In this document: positions 1 to 14,236 of the stretch, one piece after another
Layout: every line of letters begins with the position of its first letter
Position numbering within the stretch: the first letter of the stretch is position 1
Assembly: GCA_034211275.1 (NCBI GenBank)
Contig: JAXHTF010000006.1
Coordinates: forward strand, 17,361-81,360
DNA from: Acidobacteriota bacterium
Lineage (GTDB): Bacteria; Acidobacteriota; Thermoanaerobaculia; Multivoradales; JAHZIX01
DNA: 64,000 nt
Direction: 5' to 3'
Notes under the pieces: generated by a model
Told to the model about the DNA's origin: nothing
What the model saw: only the letters and a program-made list of their open reading frames with translations
The model's database searches: none
Translations under genes and position numbers: made by a program

Positions 1-214
1 TGCGGGTCATGCCGGCGATGGAGGCGTAGACCAGATCCCGATAGGTGACGTCCCCGCCGTAGTTCTCGTGGGCCTTGGTGAGAAGCTCGGTGTAGAGCCT
101 CATGGAGTCCCGGGTCTCGGCGGTGAGGGCCTGGAGGTGGGTAGCGTAGAGGCCGCCCACGACGAGGCTGAGGACGAAGACGAGGATGGAAAAATTGCGC
201 CAGGCTTTCATCAT
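1..214 (-). CDS. S41-family C-terminal processing peptidase, N-terminal fragment only; the gene continues beyond the window start.
   Basis: Minus-strand translation from ATGATG at 209-214 gives MMKAWRNFSILVFVLSLVVGGLYA...LYTELLTKAHENYGGDVTYRDLVYASIAGMT. This is a signal anchor followed by the YvD..d...L...Ai.GM motif typical of the Prc/CtpA N-terminal region. AGGA lies 9 nt upstream. Confidence 0.4.
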   Translation of the reverse strand, partial: MMKAWRNFSILVFVLSLVVGGLYATHLQALTAETRDSMRLYTELLTKAHENYGGDVTYRDLVYASIAGMTR

Positions 215-291
215 GGTGGGCATCCTAACATCGGGATTGGTCAGCTTGACTTTCCTGTTCTACCGCCGGAAGATGCTTCGCGGGAGAACTC

Positions 292-693
292 ATGTTTGGT
301 CTTGGATTTCCGGAAGTCGCGTTCATCATCGTCTTGGCCCTGCTCATCTTCGGCCCCAAACGGTTGCCGGAGCTGGGGCGCACCCTGGGCAAGGGGCTGG
401 GCGAGTTCCGGCGCGCTTCCAACGATCTCAAGCGCACGTTCAACGCGGAGCTGAGCCTGGACGACGACGAGGAGCGGCCGGCTTTGTCTCGCCGTTCGCT
501 GCGGGAAGGCGACTCGCCGGCGGAGCCTCGGGTCCGGAACGCTCCGGACGAGAACTTGCCGGATCTGCGGGAGCCACGAGAGCCGAGAGAGGGGCGGGTC
601 GCCCGCGGCTCGGTGACGCCTGCCGACTCCTCCCGGACCGACGGCGAGGGCTCTAGCTCCCCCGACAGGGCTCCCGACGCCGACGAAAGCTGA
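292..693 (+). CDS. Twin-arginine translocase TatA/TatB-family subunit (133 aa; the length is more TatB-like).
   Basis: N-terminus MFGLGFPEVAFIIVLALLIFGPKRLPELGRTLGKGLGEFRRA is a TM helix followed by an amphipathic hinge with the Tat signature. The C-terminus is acidic and Pro-rich. tatC lies immediately downstream. Confidence 0.75.
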   Translation: MFGLGFPEVAFIIVLALLIFGPKRLPELGRTLGKGLGEFRRASNDLKRTFNAELSLDDDEERPALSRRSLREGDSPAEPRVRNAPDENLPDLREPREPREGRVARGSVTPADSSRTDGEGSSSPDRAPDADES

Positions 694-740
694 GCGGCCC
701 GCCACGCCTGAGAGCTCATCCCATTGATTTCCTCGCACCG

Positions 741-1649
741 ATGACATCCGATCCGCCCAAGCCCCCGGACCCATCTCGACCGGACCGATCTGCCCAAGAC
801 CGGTCTGCTCCAGGCCGGTCCCTGTCGGCCAAATCCAAGCTGGAGGACTCTCAGCTTCCCGCTGTCCCTCCCGACGGCGGCAATGGCGACGAGGAGCTGC
901 CGGCGATGTCGTTGGTGGAGCACCTGGAGGAGCTGCGGGGGAGGATTTTCCGCTCGTTGATCGCCTTCGCTCTGGCGTTCATGGTGTGTTGGACGTTTCA
1001 CCGCGAGATCTTCAACTTCCTCAAGGCCCCCATCGAACCCTATTTGCCCGGTGATCAGAAGCTCAGCTTCTTCTCGGTCAGCGAGCCGTTTTTGCTCTAT
1101 TTCAAAACGGCGGCCCTGGCGGCGATATTCCTCGCCTCGCCTTATTTCCTCACCCAGCTCTGGGGCTTCGTGTCGCCGGGGCTGTACCAGAAGGAGAAGC
1201 GCTACGCCGTTCCCTTCATTCTGGTCAGCACCTTCTTCTTCCTCGCTGGCGGTGCTTTCGCGTACTTCGTAGCCTTCCCCTTCGCGGTGGAGTTCCTCCT
1301 CGGCATGGGCGAAGAGTTCCAGGCGGTGATCGCCGCGAGTCAGTACCTGCGCTTCTTGATGACGGTGATTCTGGGCCTGGGGCTGATGTTCGAGCTGCCG
1401 GTGTTGATCTTCCTGCTCTCGATGCTGGGGCTGGTGACTTCGAGCTTCCTGATGCGCCATTTCCGCTGGGCGGTGCTGATCATCTTCATCGCCGCGGCGG
1501 TGATCACGCCGACCCCGGACATCGTCAACCTCTGCCTCTTCGCGGTGCCCACCATCCTGCTCTACCTGCTGGGCACGGGGGCGGCGTGGATGGTGGAGCG
1601 CTCCCGGCGCAAACGCCAGGAGGAGGCGGAGGAGCCTTCCGGGGATTGA
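741..1649 (+). CDS. tatC: Sec-independent protein translocase TatC.
   Basis: 302 aa, polytopic. SLVEHLEELRGRI...FLKAPIEPYLP...PYFLTQLWGFVSPGLY...ELPVLIFLL are TatC signature blocks. The true start may be the internal Met near 906. Confidence 0.85.
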   Translation: MTSDPPKPPDPSRPDRSAQDRSAPGRSLSAKSKLEDSQLPAVPPDGGNGDEELPAMSLVEHLEELRGRIFRSLIAFALAFMVCWTFHREIFNFLKAPIEPYLPGDQKLSFFSVSEPFLLYFKTAALAAIFLASPYFLTQLWGFVSPGLYQKEKRYAVPFILVSTFFFLAGGAFAYFVAFPFAVEFLLGMGEEFQAVIAASQYLRFLMTVILGLGLMFELPVLIFLLSMLGLVTSSFLMRHFRWAVLIIFIAAAVITPTPDIVNLCLFAVPTILLYLLGTGAAWMVERSRRKRQEEAEEPSGD

Positions 1650-1757
1650 TTCTCCTGGTCGGCTAGTGTCCCAGTTTGAACTCGCTCAGGCCTCGGCGCC
1701 TCGGAGTCCTCGCTCCATTCAAACTGGGCCACTATCCTGTGCCTCTTTCGGGCCTCT

Positions 1758-3779
1758 TCAGAGATACCCCAGGGCGCGCAGGCGCTCGATGTCCTCTTCG
1801 GTGAGGTCCGCGGGGAGGGCCGTGTCGGTCTCTCGGCGGGTTTGGAGCCAGCCTTGGAGAGCCCGGTGGAGCTCGTCCTCTACCGCCAGACCGGTGCCCG
1901 CCAGGTTGTTCTCCTCACCGGGATCTGTCCGTAGGTCGAAGAGATAACGGCCGTCCTCGTAGAAGTTGTTGCCCATACTGACCATGTAGGAATGGTCGCG
2001 GGTGCGGATGCGGGTGCCCAGGGCGTGGGAGTGCTCGCTGAACACGGCCCGGTGGCTACGCTCCTCGCCGTCGGCGATGGCGCGCAGATCGGTGCCGTCG
2101 CTCTCCGGAGCCTCCAGGCCGGCGGCGGCGAGGAGGGTGGGGAAGACGTCGACGTTCTGTACCAACTCCTCGAAGCGCCGTCCGGTGCCTTCGGCTCCTG
2201 GCCAGCGCACCATCAGCGGCACGTGGACGGTGGTCTCGAAGAGTCCGTGGTGGCCATAGCGCACGCCGTGGTCGGCGAGGTTTTCGCCGTGGTCCGCGAT
2301 GAAGACCACGAGGGTGTTCTCCAGCAGGCCGCGGGAGCGGAGAAAGTCCATCAGCCGGTCCACCTGGCGGTCCAGATAGCTCACTTCGCCGGCGTAGAGC
2401 TCGCTGCTGCCCCCCAGGGGCATGTAGGTATAGCTGGGCCAGCCGGGGGTGCGGTGGAGCAGCCACCGGTCCACCGGCGCGAGGCCGTAGGAGCGGTCCG
2501 GGTGGAAGCCCAGGCCAAAGGGGGCCGGCGGCGTGTGAGGGGTGTGGGGATCGAACATGTGCAGCCAGGCGAAGAACGGGGCGTCGCCGTTCTCGGTGTG
2601 CTCGGCGATCCAATCCATGCCCATATCCGCCACCAGCTCGGCGGCGAAGTGGAGGCCGGAGACGGTGACCTCGTCGAAGCCCTGGCCGAGCCCCGAATTG
2701 CGGTGGCGCAGGTGGCGGGCAGCGATGACGGCGAGGGTGTCGTAGCCGGCGTCGGAGAAGACCTCGGCTAGGGTGGTGTAGCTGTCCGGCAGCGGGGTCG
2801 TGAGGTCGTAGATGCCGTGGTTCTTGCCGTAGAGGCCGGTCATCAGCGAGATGAAGCTGGGGTTGGTGACGTTGAAGCAGGAGGTGGCGTTGAGCCAGAC
2901 GTCGCTCTCCTTCGCCAGCCGGTCGAGGCCGGGGGTCAGGCTGGGGCTGGCACCATAGGCTCCCAGGTGGTCGGCACGCAGCGTATCGGCGCCGATGAGC
3001 AGGATGTTGGGGCGTTGGGCGGAGGCGTTTTGGCGAGCCTCGCCGGCCTTGGAATCCTTGGAGAGTGGCGCCCGATAGTAGACCGCGGGGCTGACCCACT
3101 GAGCCCGGCGGGGCCGCGGCCGTTGGGCCACGGGCTCTTCCATCTCGGCGTCCAGCAGCAGCTCGATGGTCTGGCCGGCGAAGGCTTCGAGGCTGACGGT
3201 CACCGCCGCCTGGGCCGGCAGCGCTCGCACCCGCACCCATTCTTCGTGCAGAACTTGCTCCTCCGCCCCGCCTTGGGAAGGCTCACCGAGGGCCCGGGCG
3301 GAGACGCGGTAGAGGGTGGCCCAGGGGTGGCGGCGGTCGACCAGGGGGATGAAGGAGAAGTAGGGCTGATCTCCCACCTCGACGGTGAAGACCAGGCGGC
3401 TGCCGGCGACCTGCTGCAGGGCGCGCACCTCGGAGGCGGCCAGGCGCGGAATCTGTTGGCGTTGGAATGCCGTTACCTTGTCGAGCTCGCGGACCTCGTT
3501 GGCTCCCAGATAGACGACCTGTCGGGACCAGGCTTTCTGCTGCCCCAGCTCTTCCGGCTGGTAGGCGATGGAGGGATCGTCGAGCCAGAGGTCGTGGCGA
3601 TGCCAGGCCTCGCTGCCGTCGGTCTGAGGTGCCTCGCCGGATCTCGGAGTTTCGGCTGCCGACGGTCCGTTCTCGCCGGGAGGGCCGCCACAGGCGAGCA
3701 GGAGCATCAGGGCTCCGGCCAGGACGATGGACCAGGCGACGGCTGCCGCGGAATTGGGGATGCAAGCTCGGTGATTCAT
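1758..3779 (-). CDS. Sulfatase-family (arylsulfatase-like) secreted protein with an N-terminal extra domain.
   Basis: Core NILLIGADTLRADHLGAYG...SCFNVTNPSFISLMTGLYGKNHG...PFFAWLHMFDPHTPH (sulfatase/alkaline-phosphatase superfamily). The N-terminus has a signal peptide and lipobox-like LLLACGG. The ORF track starts it at 3833; the MNHRACIP Met at 3779 is preferred. Confidence 0.8.
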   Translation of the reverse strand: MNHRACIPNSAAAVAWSIVLAGALMLLLACGGPPGENGPSAAETPRSGEAPQTDGSEAWHRHDLWLDDPSIAYQPEELGQQKAWSRQVVYLGANEVRELDKVTAFQRQQIPRLAASEVRALQQVAGSRLVFTVEVGDQPYFSFIPLVDRRHPWATLYRVSARALGEPSQGGAEEQVLHEEWVRVRALPAQAAVTVSLEAFAGQTIELLLDAEMEEPVAQRPRPRRAQWVSPAVYYRAPLSKDSKAGEARQNASAQRPNILLIGADTLRADHLGAYGASPSLTPGLDRLAKESDVWLNATSCFNVTNPSFISLMTGLYGKNHGIYDLTTPLPDSYTTLAEVFSDAGYDTLAVIAARHLRHRNSGLGQGFDEVTVSGLHFAAELVADMGMDWIAEHTENGDAPFFAWLHMFDPHTPHTPPAPFGLGFHPDRSYGLAPVDRWLLHRTPGWPSYTYMPLGGSSELYAGEVSYLDRQVDRLMDFLRSRGLLENTLVVFIADHGENLADHGVRYGHHGLFETTVHVPLMVRWPGAEGTGRRFEELVQNVDVFPTLLAAAGLEAPESDGTDLRAIADGEERSHRAVFSEHSHALGTRIRTRDHSYMVSMGNNFYEDGRYLFDLRTDPGEENNLAGTGLAVEDELHRALQGWLQTRRETDTALPADLTEEDIERLRALGYL

Positions 3780-3879
3780 GGTGATGGCTCGGTAGCTCCT
3801 GAGGGGTGACTCGGGTGCCGAGGTGTCCGGCATGTCTGGCGGCGGATCTTAGCAGGACCCCCCGAGGTGTCCCGGCGAA

Positions 3880-4449
3880 TCAATCCTGGTAAAAGGGCGC
3901 GATGGCTTCCTGCCACTGGCCCCGGGCCTGGAGGACGGCTTCCACCGCTTCCCGCACGCAGCCTTGGCCGCCGGGGCGGTGGAGCACACGGTGGGCCAGC
4001 TGGCGGACCTCGGTGGCGGCGTCGGCGGGGCAGAGGGCCAGGCCCACCCGGCCCAGAACTCCAAGATCCGGCAGGTCGTCTCCAATGAAGGCCACGGCTT
4101 CGAGGGGAACTCCCGTCTCCTCCAGCAGGCTCTCCAGGGCGGCGACTTTGTTTCCCTGGCCCAGGAGAACGCGGTCGAGGCCGAGCTCGCCGGCGCGCAC
4201 CTCCACCGCCCGGTTGCCCCGGGCGGAGAGCAATCCCACCTGAATCCCGCAGCGCCGCGCGAGCTTGAGGGCCAGGCCGTCGCGGGCGTGGAAGCGCTTG
4301 GTCTCCTCCCCCTCGGGGCCGTAGACCATGCGGCCATCGGTGAGCACGCCGTCGACGTCGGTGAGCAGCCAGGCGAGCCCTCGGGCTCGTTGACGGAAGG
4401 TTTCGTCGTCGAGGGCTCGTGGGGTGGCGGCGGTGGGTTGATGGGGCAT
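3880..4449 (-). CDS. kdsC: 3-deoxy-D-manno-octulosonate-8-phosphate phosphatase KdsC (HAD superfamily).
   Basis: LLTDVDGVLTDGRMVY...KRFHARDG...LSARGNRAV...AFIGDDLPDLGVL carries the HAD motifs I-III in KdsC spacing. It sits in a kds operon context. Confidence 0.8.
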   Translation of the reverse strand: MPHQPTAATPRALDDETFRQRARGLAWLLTDVDGVLTDGRMVYGPEGEETKRFHARDGLALKLARRCGIQVGLLSARGNRAVEVRAGELGLDRVLLGQGNKVAALESLLEETGVPLEAVAFIGDDLPDLGVLGRVGLALCPADAATEVRQLAHRVLHRPGGQGCVREAVEAVLQARGQWQEAIAPFYQD

Positions 4450-4521
4450 GGACGTTGGGTGTGGCGAGAACGTTGGGTGTGGAGAGGACGCAGTGGTGCT
4501 CGGGACAGGCCCGGGGGAGGC

Positions 4522-5196
4522 TCAGTCGTCGTCGCCATGTTTGACGCCGGTCTTGGCAGAGGCGTCGGATTCTTGGGTCGGGGTGGTGTGCTCAGCTTCC
4601 GGCTGGGCCGCCGGTAGCCAGAATTTCTTCGGCACCGCCAGCTCCCGCTGCTGGGATTGGGGTAGCTCGCGGTCGGGGCGCAGCTCATCCTCGAGCTCGC
4701 GCAGGCCGCTGCCGCGGAAGTTGCCGCGGATTTTCACTGTGCGGTGCACCGTGCGCTGGTAGGAGACCACCTCACCGTCGAAGGGCATGCCCAGCTCCTC
4801 GCCACCGAAGTGGTCCAGGGCCTCGCCGCTCTCGTCGTCGATGTCGCCGGGCAAGCGGCGGTCCGAGCCGTGGGGGAGCCTGCCGCCTCTGCCGGTCTTG
4901 CGCCGCCGGACGGTGGCGGAGGCGCTTTGGTGCTGGTGCACTTCGATGCTGTTGCCGCCGCGGCGGGCGTAGAGGTCCTGCTGCGCTTCGAGATCCGCCA
5001 CCAATTCTTCGTGACCGCCGCGGGTCTGCCGGCGCACGGTGCCGGAGCGATGATCGCTGTGGCGTAGCTCGTCGTTGCCTCCGGATCGTAGGGACGAAAG
5101 GATGTTCGAGAGAAAGGATTGTAGGGGATTGGAATCAGAGCTCATGGAACCTCCATCGAATGATCGATGCGACGACGGCATCATACCGTGCTCCAT
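4522..5196 (-). CDS. Hypothetical protein between kdsD and kdsC; a charged C-terminus ends in DDD.
   Basis: Minus-strand ORF in the operon frame gap. No recognisable motif. The Ser/Thr-rich N-terminal part of the 267-aa ORF overlaps the kdsD 3' end and is probably not translated. Met at 5196 is chosen as the start. Confidence 0.3.
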   Translation of the reverse strand: MEHGMMPSSHRSFDGGSMSSDSNPLQSFLSNILSSLRSGGNDELRHSDHRSGTVRRQTRGGHEELVADLEAQQDLYARRGGNSIEVHQHQSASATVRRRKTGRGGRLPHGSDRRLPGDIDDESGEALDHFGGEELGMPFDGEVVSYQRTVHRTVKIRGNFRGSGLRELEDELRPDRELPQSQQRELAVPKKFWLPAAQPEAEHTTPTQESDASAKTGVKHGDDD

Positions 5197-5260
5197 CGAC
5201 GATGAGGTGTCAGGACCAGAGAAGCGGCCGGGACGGGTGACAGGGATTGAGGACGGGGAC

Positions 5261-6268
5261 TCAGAAAAGCTCCAGCCCCCAGAGCTGGTGCAGGTGGACG
5301 AGGCCCAGGAGCTGATGGTCTTCACCGACGACGAAGAGGGAGGTGATGCGGTGGTCCTCCATCTCCTTGAGGGCCGCCGGTGCCAGCTCGTCGGGCTGGA
5401 TGGTCAGGGGGGAGGGATGAAGACAATCACCGGCGGTGCGGTGGAGAAGCTCGCCGTCGGTTTCGAGGCGGCGGCGTAGATCGCCGTCGGAGATGCAGCC
5501 CAGCAACCGCCCGCCCTCGTCGGTGACGGCGGTGATGCCCAAGCCTTTGCGGCTCATCTCGTAAATGGCCTCGCGCATGGGCGTGCTCTCGGTGACCCGG
5601 GGGAGGGCGTCGCCGGCGTGCATCAGGTCGTGTACCTTGAGCAGGCGTTTGCCCAGTCGCCCACCGGGATGCAGTCGGGCGAAGTCCTCCGGGGTGAAGC
5701 CCCGGGCCTCCAGCAGCGCCATGGCCAGGGCGTCGGCGAGGGCGAGGGTGGCGGTGGTGGAGGCGGTGGGAGCGAGGTTCAAGGGGCAGGCCTCGCGGTC
5801 GATGGGAACCGGCAGGTGCAGGTCGGCGGCGAGGGCCAACGGGCTGCCGGCGCTGCCGGTGATGGCGATGAGGGGGACTCCCAGACGCTTGAGGGTTTGT
5901 ACCAGTCGCAGCAGCTCCTCGGTGGTGCCGGAGTAAGAGGCGGCGAGGACGACGTCGCCGGGGACGATCATCCCCAGGTCACCGTGGATGGCCTCCGCGG
6001 GGTGGAGAAAGAGGGATGGGGTGCCGGTGGAGGCGAGGGTGGCGGCGACCTTCTTCATCACCAATCCGCTCTTCCCCATGCCGCTGCACACGACGCGCCC
6101 GGGGGCCTCCCGGATCATCGCCACGGCGCGGTCGAAGTTGCCGTCGAGGTGGGGGAGCAGGCCGAGGATGGCCCCGGCCTCGATCTCCAGCACCTGCCGG
6201 GCGACCTCCCTGGGGGAGCGGGATTTGGCTTCTGGGCTTGCTGGTTTCGGGTTGTCCAGATCGGTCAT
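5261..6268 (-). CDS. kdsD: Arabinose-5-phosphate isomerase KdsD/KpsF (SIS domain plus tandem CBS).
   Basis: VVCSGMGKSGLVMKKVAATLASTGTPSLFLHPAEAIHGDLGMI (SIS) followed by CBS pairs. The ATG at 6268 (MTDLDNPK) was verified in sequence. The ORF-track start at 6535 is an upstream out-of-context extension. Confidence 0.85.
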   Translation of the reverse strand: MTDLDNPKPASPEAKSRSPREVARQVLEIEAGAILGLLPHLDGNFDRAVAMIREAPGRVVCSGMGKSGLVMKKVAATLASTGTPSLFLHPAEAIHGDLGMIVPGDVVLAASYSGTTEELLRLVQTLKRLGVPLIAITGSAGSPLALAADLHLPVPIDREACPLNLAPTASTTATLALADALAMALLEARGFTPEDFARLHPGGRLGKRLLKVHDLMHAGDALPRVTESTPMREAIYEMSRKGLGITAVTDEGGRLLGCISDGDLRRRLETDGELLHRTAGDCLHPSPLTIQPDELAPAALKEMEDHRITSLFVVGEDHQLLGLVHLHQLWGLELF

Positions 6269-6302
6269 CGGTGGTGGGTTCCTGCGGGGAACAGCTCGGT
6301 TC

Positions 6303-9785
<3,483 letters not shown>

Positions 9786-9849
9786 ATCCAACGATACGGT
9801 CCCGGGGGAAAGGCTGTCAACCGGGGGTTGAGGGGCTCGTTGGGAGAGC

Positions 9850-11245
9850 CAGCAGTGGATTTCAACACTTGGGTGCCCCGTTCTCCTCAACCCATCAACA
9901 CTTGGGTCCCACTCCGACGCTGCCTCGACCGGATCAGGCGATTTCGAAGCGCATCTCGCCTTTCTTGCCCATGATTTGAAAAAAGGTGAGCGATCCCGGC
10001 CCCTTTTGCCCTCTTGGAGGAGTGAAAGGAGTTCTAGATGAAACAGACGATCCGATTCATTCCCTTTGGCGGAGCTCTGGTCTTGGTCACTCACCGGTGC
10101 TTCCAGGCCCGCTTCCTGCTCACCCCGACCGGTCAACTGAACCAGCTGGCCAAGGCCATCGTCGCCCGCGCCGCGAAGCGGGCTGGAGTAGAGGTCGTAG
10201 TCGTCCTGATCTTCGGCAACCACGTCCATCTGCTGCTTCGGGTCCCGGATGCCGAGGCCATGGCCGAGTTCATGAACTACTTTGCGGGCAATTTGGCCCG
10301 GGAGGCCGGCCGTCTTCACGATTGGTCGGGCAAGTTTTGGCACCGTCAGTATTCCTACTCGGTGGTGGCGGACGACGAAGCCTCCCAGGCCCAGGTTCTC
10401 CGCTACCTCTTGGCTCACGGCTGCAAAGAAGATCTGGTCGCCAGTCCTCTCCATTGGCCCGGCCTTCATCCAGCGTCGATGATTCTGGAAGGCCCGATGC
10501 ACCGGGGCATCTGGGTCAATCGCACCGCTCTTTGCCGCGCCCGTCACAACCGCCCGGCTTCTCCTCCCGACCCTCGGGACTACGAGGAGGAAGAGATTCT
10601 TCACCTCAGCCAGCTACCCTGCTGGGCGGATCTATCCTGGGAGGAGTACCAGGCTCGAGTGAGGGCTCTGGTCAAGGAGATCGAGGAGGGAACCCGAGCC
10701 CGACACCGGCGCGACGGCACTCGGCCCGTGGGGCGCCGGAGGGTGCTGGCGCAGGACCCTCATGGCGCACCCAAGAAGCCAAAGAAGGGGCCGGGGCGCT
10801 TGATCATCGCGGCTTCGGAGGCGGTGCAGGAAGTGTTTGAAGACGCCTATCGCCAGGTCGTCGAAGCCTTCGCGACGGCCTCGGCGAAGCTGCGGGCTGG
10901 GAATCGAAGAGTGCAGTTCCCGGTCGGGACTTTTCCACCGGCCCTGCCCTTCGTGCGAGGTCCAGCGGCGGCACTCACTGGCTGACGGGCTGGCTGAACC
11001 GAGCCTGAGAATTCTCACCACCGAAGCAAAAAGAAATTTTAGGCCATCCATCCGGTGGCCCGGGAGAGGTGCGCCTTGGAAGGCCCCAGCGGGCGGTCGT
11101 AGGAGCTCTGCGGCGGTAGTTTGCCCTGTCAATGAGGCGGTGCGGGTTAGGTTTGGGGCAGATCTTGGTCTTGCTGGGACTGGAGGGGGTGGGGAAGGCG
11201 GATAATTCCGGCGAGTTTCCAACAAGTGGGTGCCTTGATCTGAGG
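9850..11245. mobile_element. IS200/IS605-like (Y1 HUH transposase) element with subterminal repeats, inserted between kdsB and the ubiB-like gene.
   Basis: The transposase ORF 10038-10985 is flanked on the left by tandem tcaacacttgggtgcc / tcaacacttgggtccc (9858-9905) plus a GGGTTGAGG/CCTCAACCC hairpin, and on the right by caacaagtgggtgcc (about 11226-11240). Boundaries are approximate. Confidence 0.5.
10038..10985 (+). CDS. Y1 HUH transposase (IS200-like / REP-associated tyrosine transposase family, COG1943-like).
   Basis: HUH motif GNHVHLLL and a Tyr motif KFWHRQYSYSVV (compare fWQrgYyd). 315 aa, with a long basic C-terminus. Confidence 0.65.
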   Translation: MKQTIRFIPFGGALVLVTHRCFQARFLLTPTGQLNQLAKAIVARAAKRAGVEVVVVLIFGNHVHLLLRVPDAEAMAEFMNYFAGNLAREAGRLHDWSGKFWHRQYSYSVVADDEASQAQVLRYLLAHGCKEDLVASPLHWPGLHPASMILEGPMHRGIWVNRTALCRARHNRPASPPDPRDYEEEEILHLSQLPCWADLSWEEYQARVRALVKEIEEGTRARHRRDGTRPVGRRRVLAQDPHGAPKKPKKGPGRLIIAASEAVQEVFEDAYRQVVEAFATASAKLRAGNRRVQFPVGTFPPALPFVRGPAAALTG

Positions 11246-11311
11246 AGGACCAGAAGGTGGGTGGCCTTTTGGGACGATGAGGTCGCGTAGGATAGTCGGG
11301 ATCGCCGCCCG

Positions 11312-13024
11312 ATGGCGGCGCAGGGGAGGTTTTTCTTGATTCAGCGCAAATCCAGCACTCTTGGACGGACATATCGCCACGCCCAGCGGTATCGGCAGAT
11401 TCTAGGAGTGCTGCTCAAACACGGGTATTACGACACCCTCAAGAGTCTGAAGATCGAGCAGTACTTGGATGGCGGGTTGCGGCGGTTCAAGGGGCCGCCG
11501 GAGCAGCAGGCGTTGAATCGGGCGGAGCGCTTTCGGCGGGTTTTGGAGGAGTTGGGACCCACTTTCGTAAAAGCGGGGCAGCTGCTGTCGACGCGGCCGG
11601 ATCTGCTGCCGGTGGACATCCTGGAGCAGCTGGCGAAGCTGCAGGACGAGGTGGCGCCGTTCGACTTCGAGCAGGTTCGGGAGATCGTGGAGGAGGAGCT
11701 GGAGGCGCCGCTGGAGCAGTATTTCGCCAGTTTCGAGGTGCAGCCGTTGGCGGCGGCGTCCATCGGCCAGGTGCATCGGGCGGTGACGGTGGAGGGGCAG
11801 GAGGTGGTGGTGAAGGTGCGCCGCCCAGGGGTGGCGGCCACGGTGGGGGTGGACCTGGAGATCATGCTCAACCTGGCCCAGCTGGTGGAGCACCGCATTG
11901 AAGGTTGGGACGTGCACCAGCCGTCCAAGGTGGTGGAGGAGCTGGCGGTGTCGTTGGAGCGCGAGCTCGACTACCGCATGGAGGCGGCGAATCAGGAGCA
12001 TTTTGCCTGGCAGTTCCGCGGCCAGTCGAAAGTGCGGGTGCCGGCGGTGTTGCGGCCGTTGACCACCGAGGCGGTGCTCACCATGGAGTACGTGGAGGGC
12101 ACCAAGGCCTCGGACCTGGAGGCGCTGCGGCGGCTGGAGCGGGATCCGAAGCGCCTGGCCACCACCGCCGCGGAGCTCACCATGCGTCAGATCTTCGACT
12201 TCGGCTTCTTCCATGGGGATCCTCACCCGGGCAATCTTCTGGTGCTCGACGACGGAACTCTGTGCTACCTCGATTTCGGCATGATGGGCCGGATCAATCG
12301 CTCGACCCGAGAGAGCTTTGCGGAGCTGATGCTGGGCATCGTGCGCCGGGACAGCCAGCGCATGCGGGACGGCTTGATGGAGCTCTGCCGGCAGCAGGGG
12401 GAAGTGGACACGGCGGCGCTGGAGCGGGAGCTCTCCGAATTTGCGGATCGCCACTTCTTTCAGCCCCTCAAGACCCTCAAGCTGGGGGACGTGCTGCAGC
12501 AGCTCTTGGAGCTGGCGGCGCGCCATCGCCTGGGGATCCCGGCGGACCTCTTCATGATGATCAAGGCTCTGGCCAATATCGAAGGGCTGTGCCGCCGGCT
12601 CGACCCGGAGTTCCAGATCGCCCAGCACGCGGTGCCTTTCCTGCACCGCATCCAGCTCGAGCGCTTGCATCCGAAGCGCCTGGCCCTCGACCTGGTGGAC
12701 GCCGGTGGTGAATCCCTGGCGCTGCTGCGGGAGGTTCCCGGTGAGCTGCGCAAGACCCTGGTGCAGATCCGCCGCGGCCGGGCGAAGGTGGGCTTCGAGT
12801 TGCTGGGCCTCACCCCCCTCAACGCCACCCTCGACCGGGTGAGCAACGTGCTGGCCTTCGCCATCGTGCTGGCGGCGTTGATCATCGGCTCTTCGCTGAT
12901 GGTGTTGGCCGGGGTGCCGCCGTTGTGGAACGGCATTCCCCTCATCGGTCTCGCCGGCTTCGTGGTGGCGGGGGTGATGGGGTTCTGGCTGTTGGCGTCG
13001 ATCCTGCGCCATGGGCGCATGTGA
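11312..13024 (+). CDS. UbiB/ABC1 (AarF) atypical kinase family protein with a C-terminal TM segment.
   Basis: LGPTFVKAGQLLSTRPDLLP...FASFEVQPLAAASIGQVHRA...FFHGDPHPGNLLV...YLDFGMMG are the ABC1-kinase signature blocks. Confidence 0.85.
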   Translation: MAAQGRFFLIQRKSSTLGRTYRHAQRYRQILGVLLKHGYYDTLKSLKIEQYLDGGLRRFKGPPEQQALNRAERFRRVLEELGPTFVKAGQLLSTRPDLLPVDILEQLAKLQDEVAPFDFEQVREIVEEELEAPLEQYFASFEVQPLAAASIGQVHRAVTVEGQEVVVKVRRPGVAATVGVDLEIMLNLAQLVEHRIEGWDVHQPSKVVEELAVSLERELDYRMEAANQEHFAWQFRGQSKVRVPAVLRPLTTEAVLTMEYVEGTKASDLEALRRLERDPKRLATTAAELTMRQIFDFGFFHGDPHPGNLLVLDDGTLCYLDFGMMGRINRSTRESFAELMLGIVRRDSQRMRDGLMELCRQQGEVDTAALERELSEFADRHFFQPLKTLKLGDVLQQLLELAARHRLGIPADLFMMIKALANIEGLCRRLDPEFQIAQHAVPFLHRIQLERLHPKRLALDLVDAGGESLALLREVPGELRKTLVQIRRGRAKVGFELLGLTPLNATLDRVSNVLAFAIVLAALIIGSSLMVLAGVPPLWNGIPLIGLAGFVVAGVMGFWLLASILRHGRM

Positions 13025-13096
13025 GGCGGCAGCACCGCGGGAGCTCCGGGACCAGTACAATGAGTGACCCGGAGGAGAGTGCTCCAGAGGAATGAG

Positions 13097-14232
<1,136 letters not shown>

Positions 14233-14236
<4 letters not shown>

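Noticed and set aside
2056-3240. 394-aa minus-strand ORF (Arg/Pro-rich) and other long ORFs overlapping the sulfatase gene (1992-2771+, 2817-3809+)
   Set aside because: These are alternative-frame or antisense ORFs inside a confidently assigned sulfatase CDS. Their low-complexity Arg/Pro/Gly composition is typical of high-GC shadow frames.
10632-11372. 246-aa minus-strand ORF overlapping the transposase gene 3' end and the IS right flank
   Set aside because: It is antisense to the Y1 transposase and has Pro/Ser/Arg-rich low-complexity sequence. The region downstream of 10985 is better explained as the IS right end plus the ubiB promoter.
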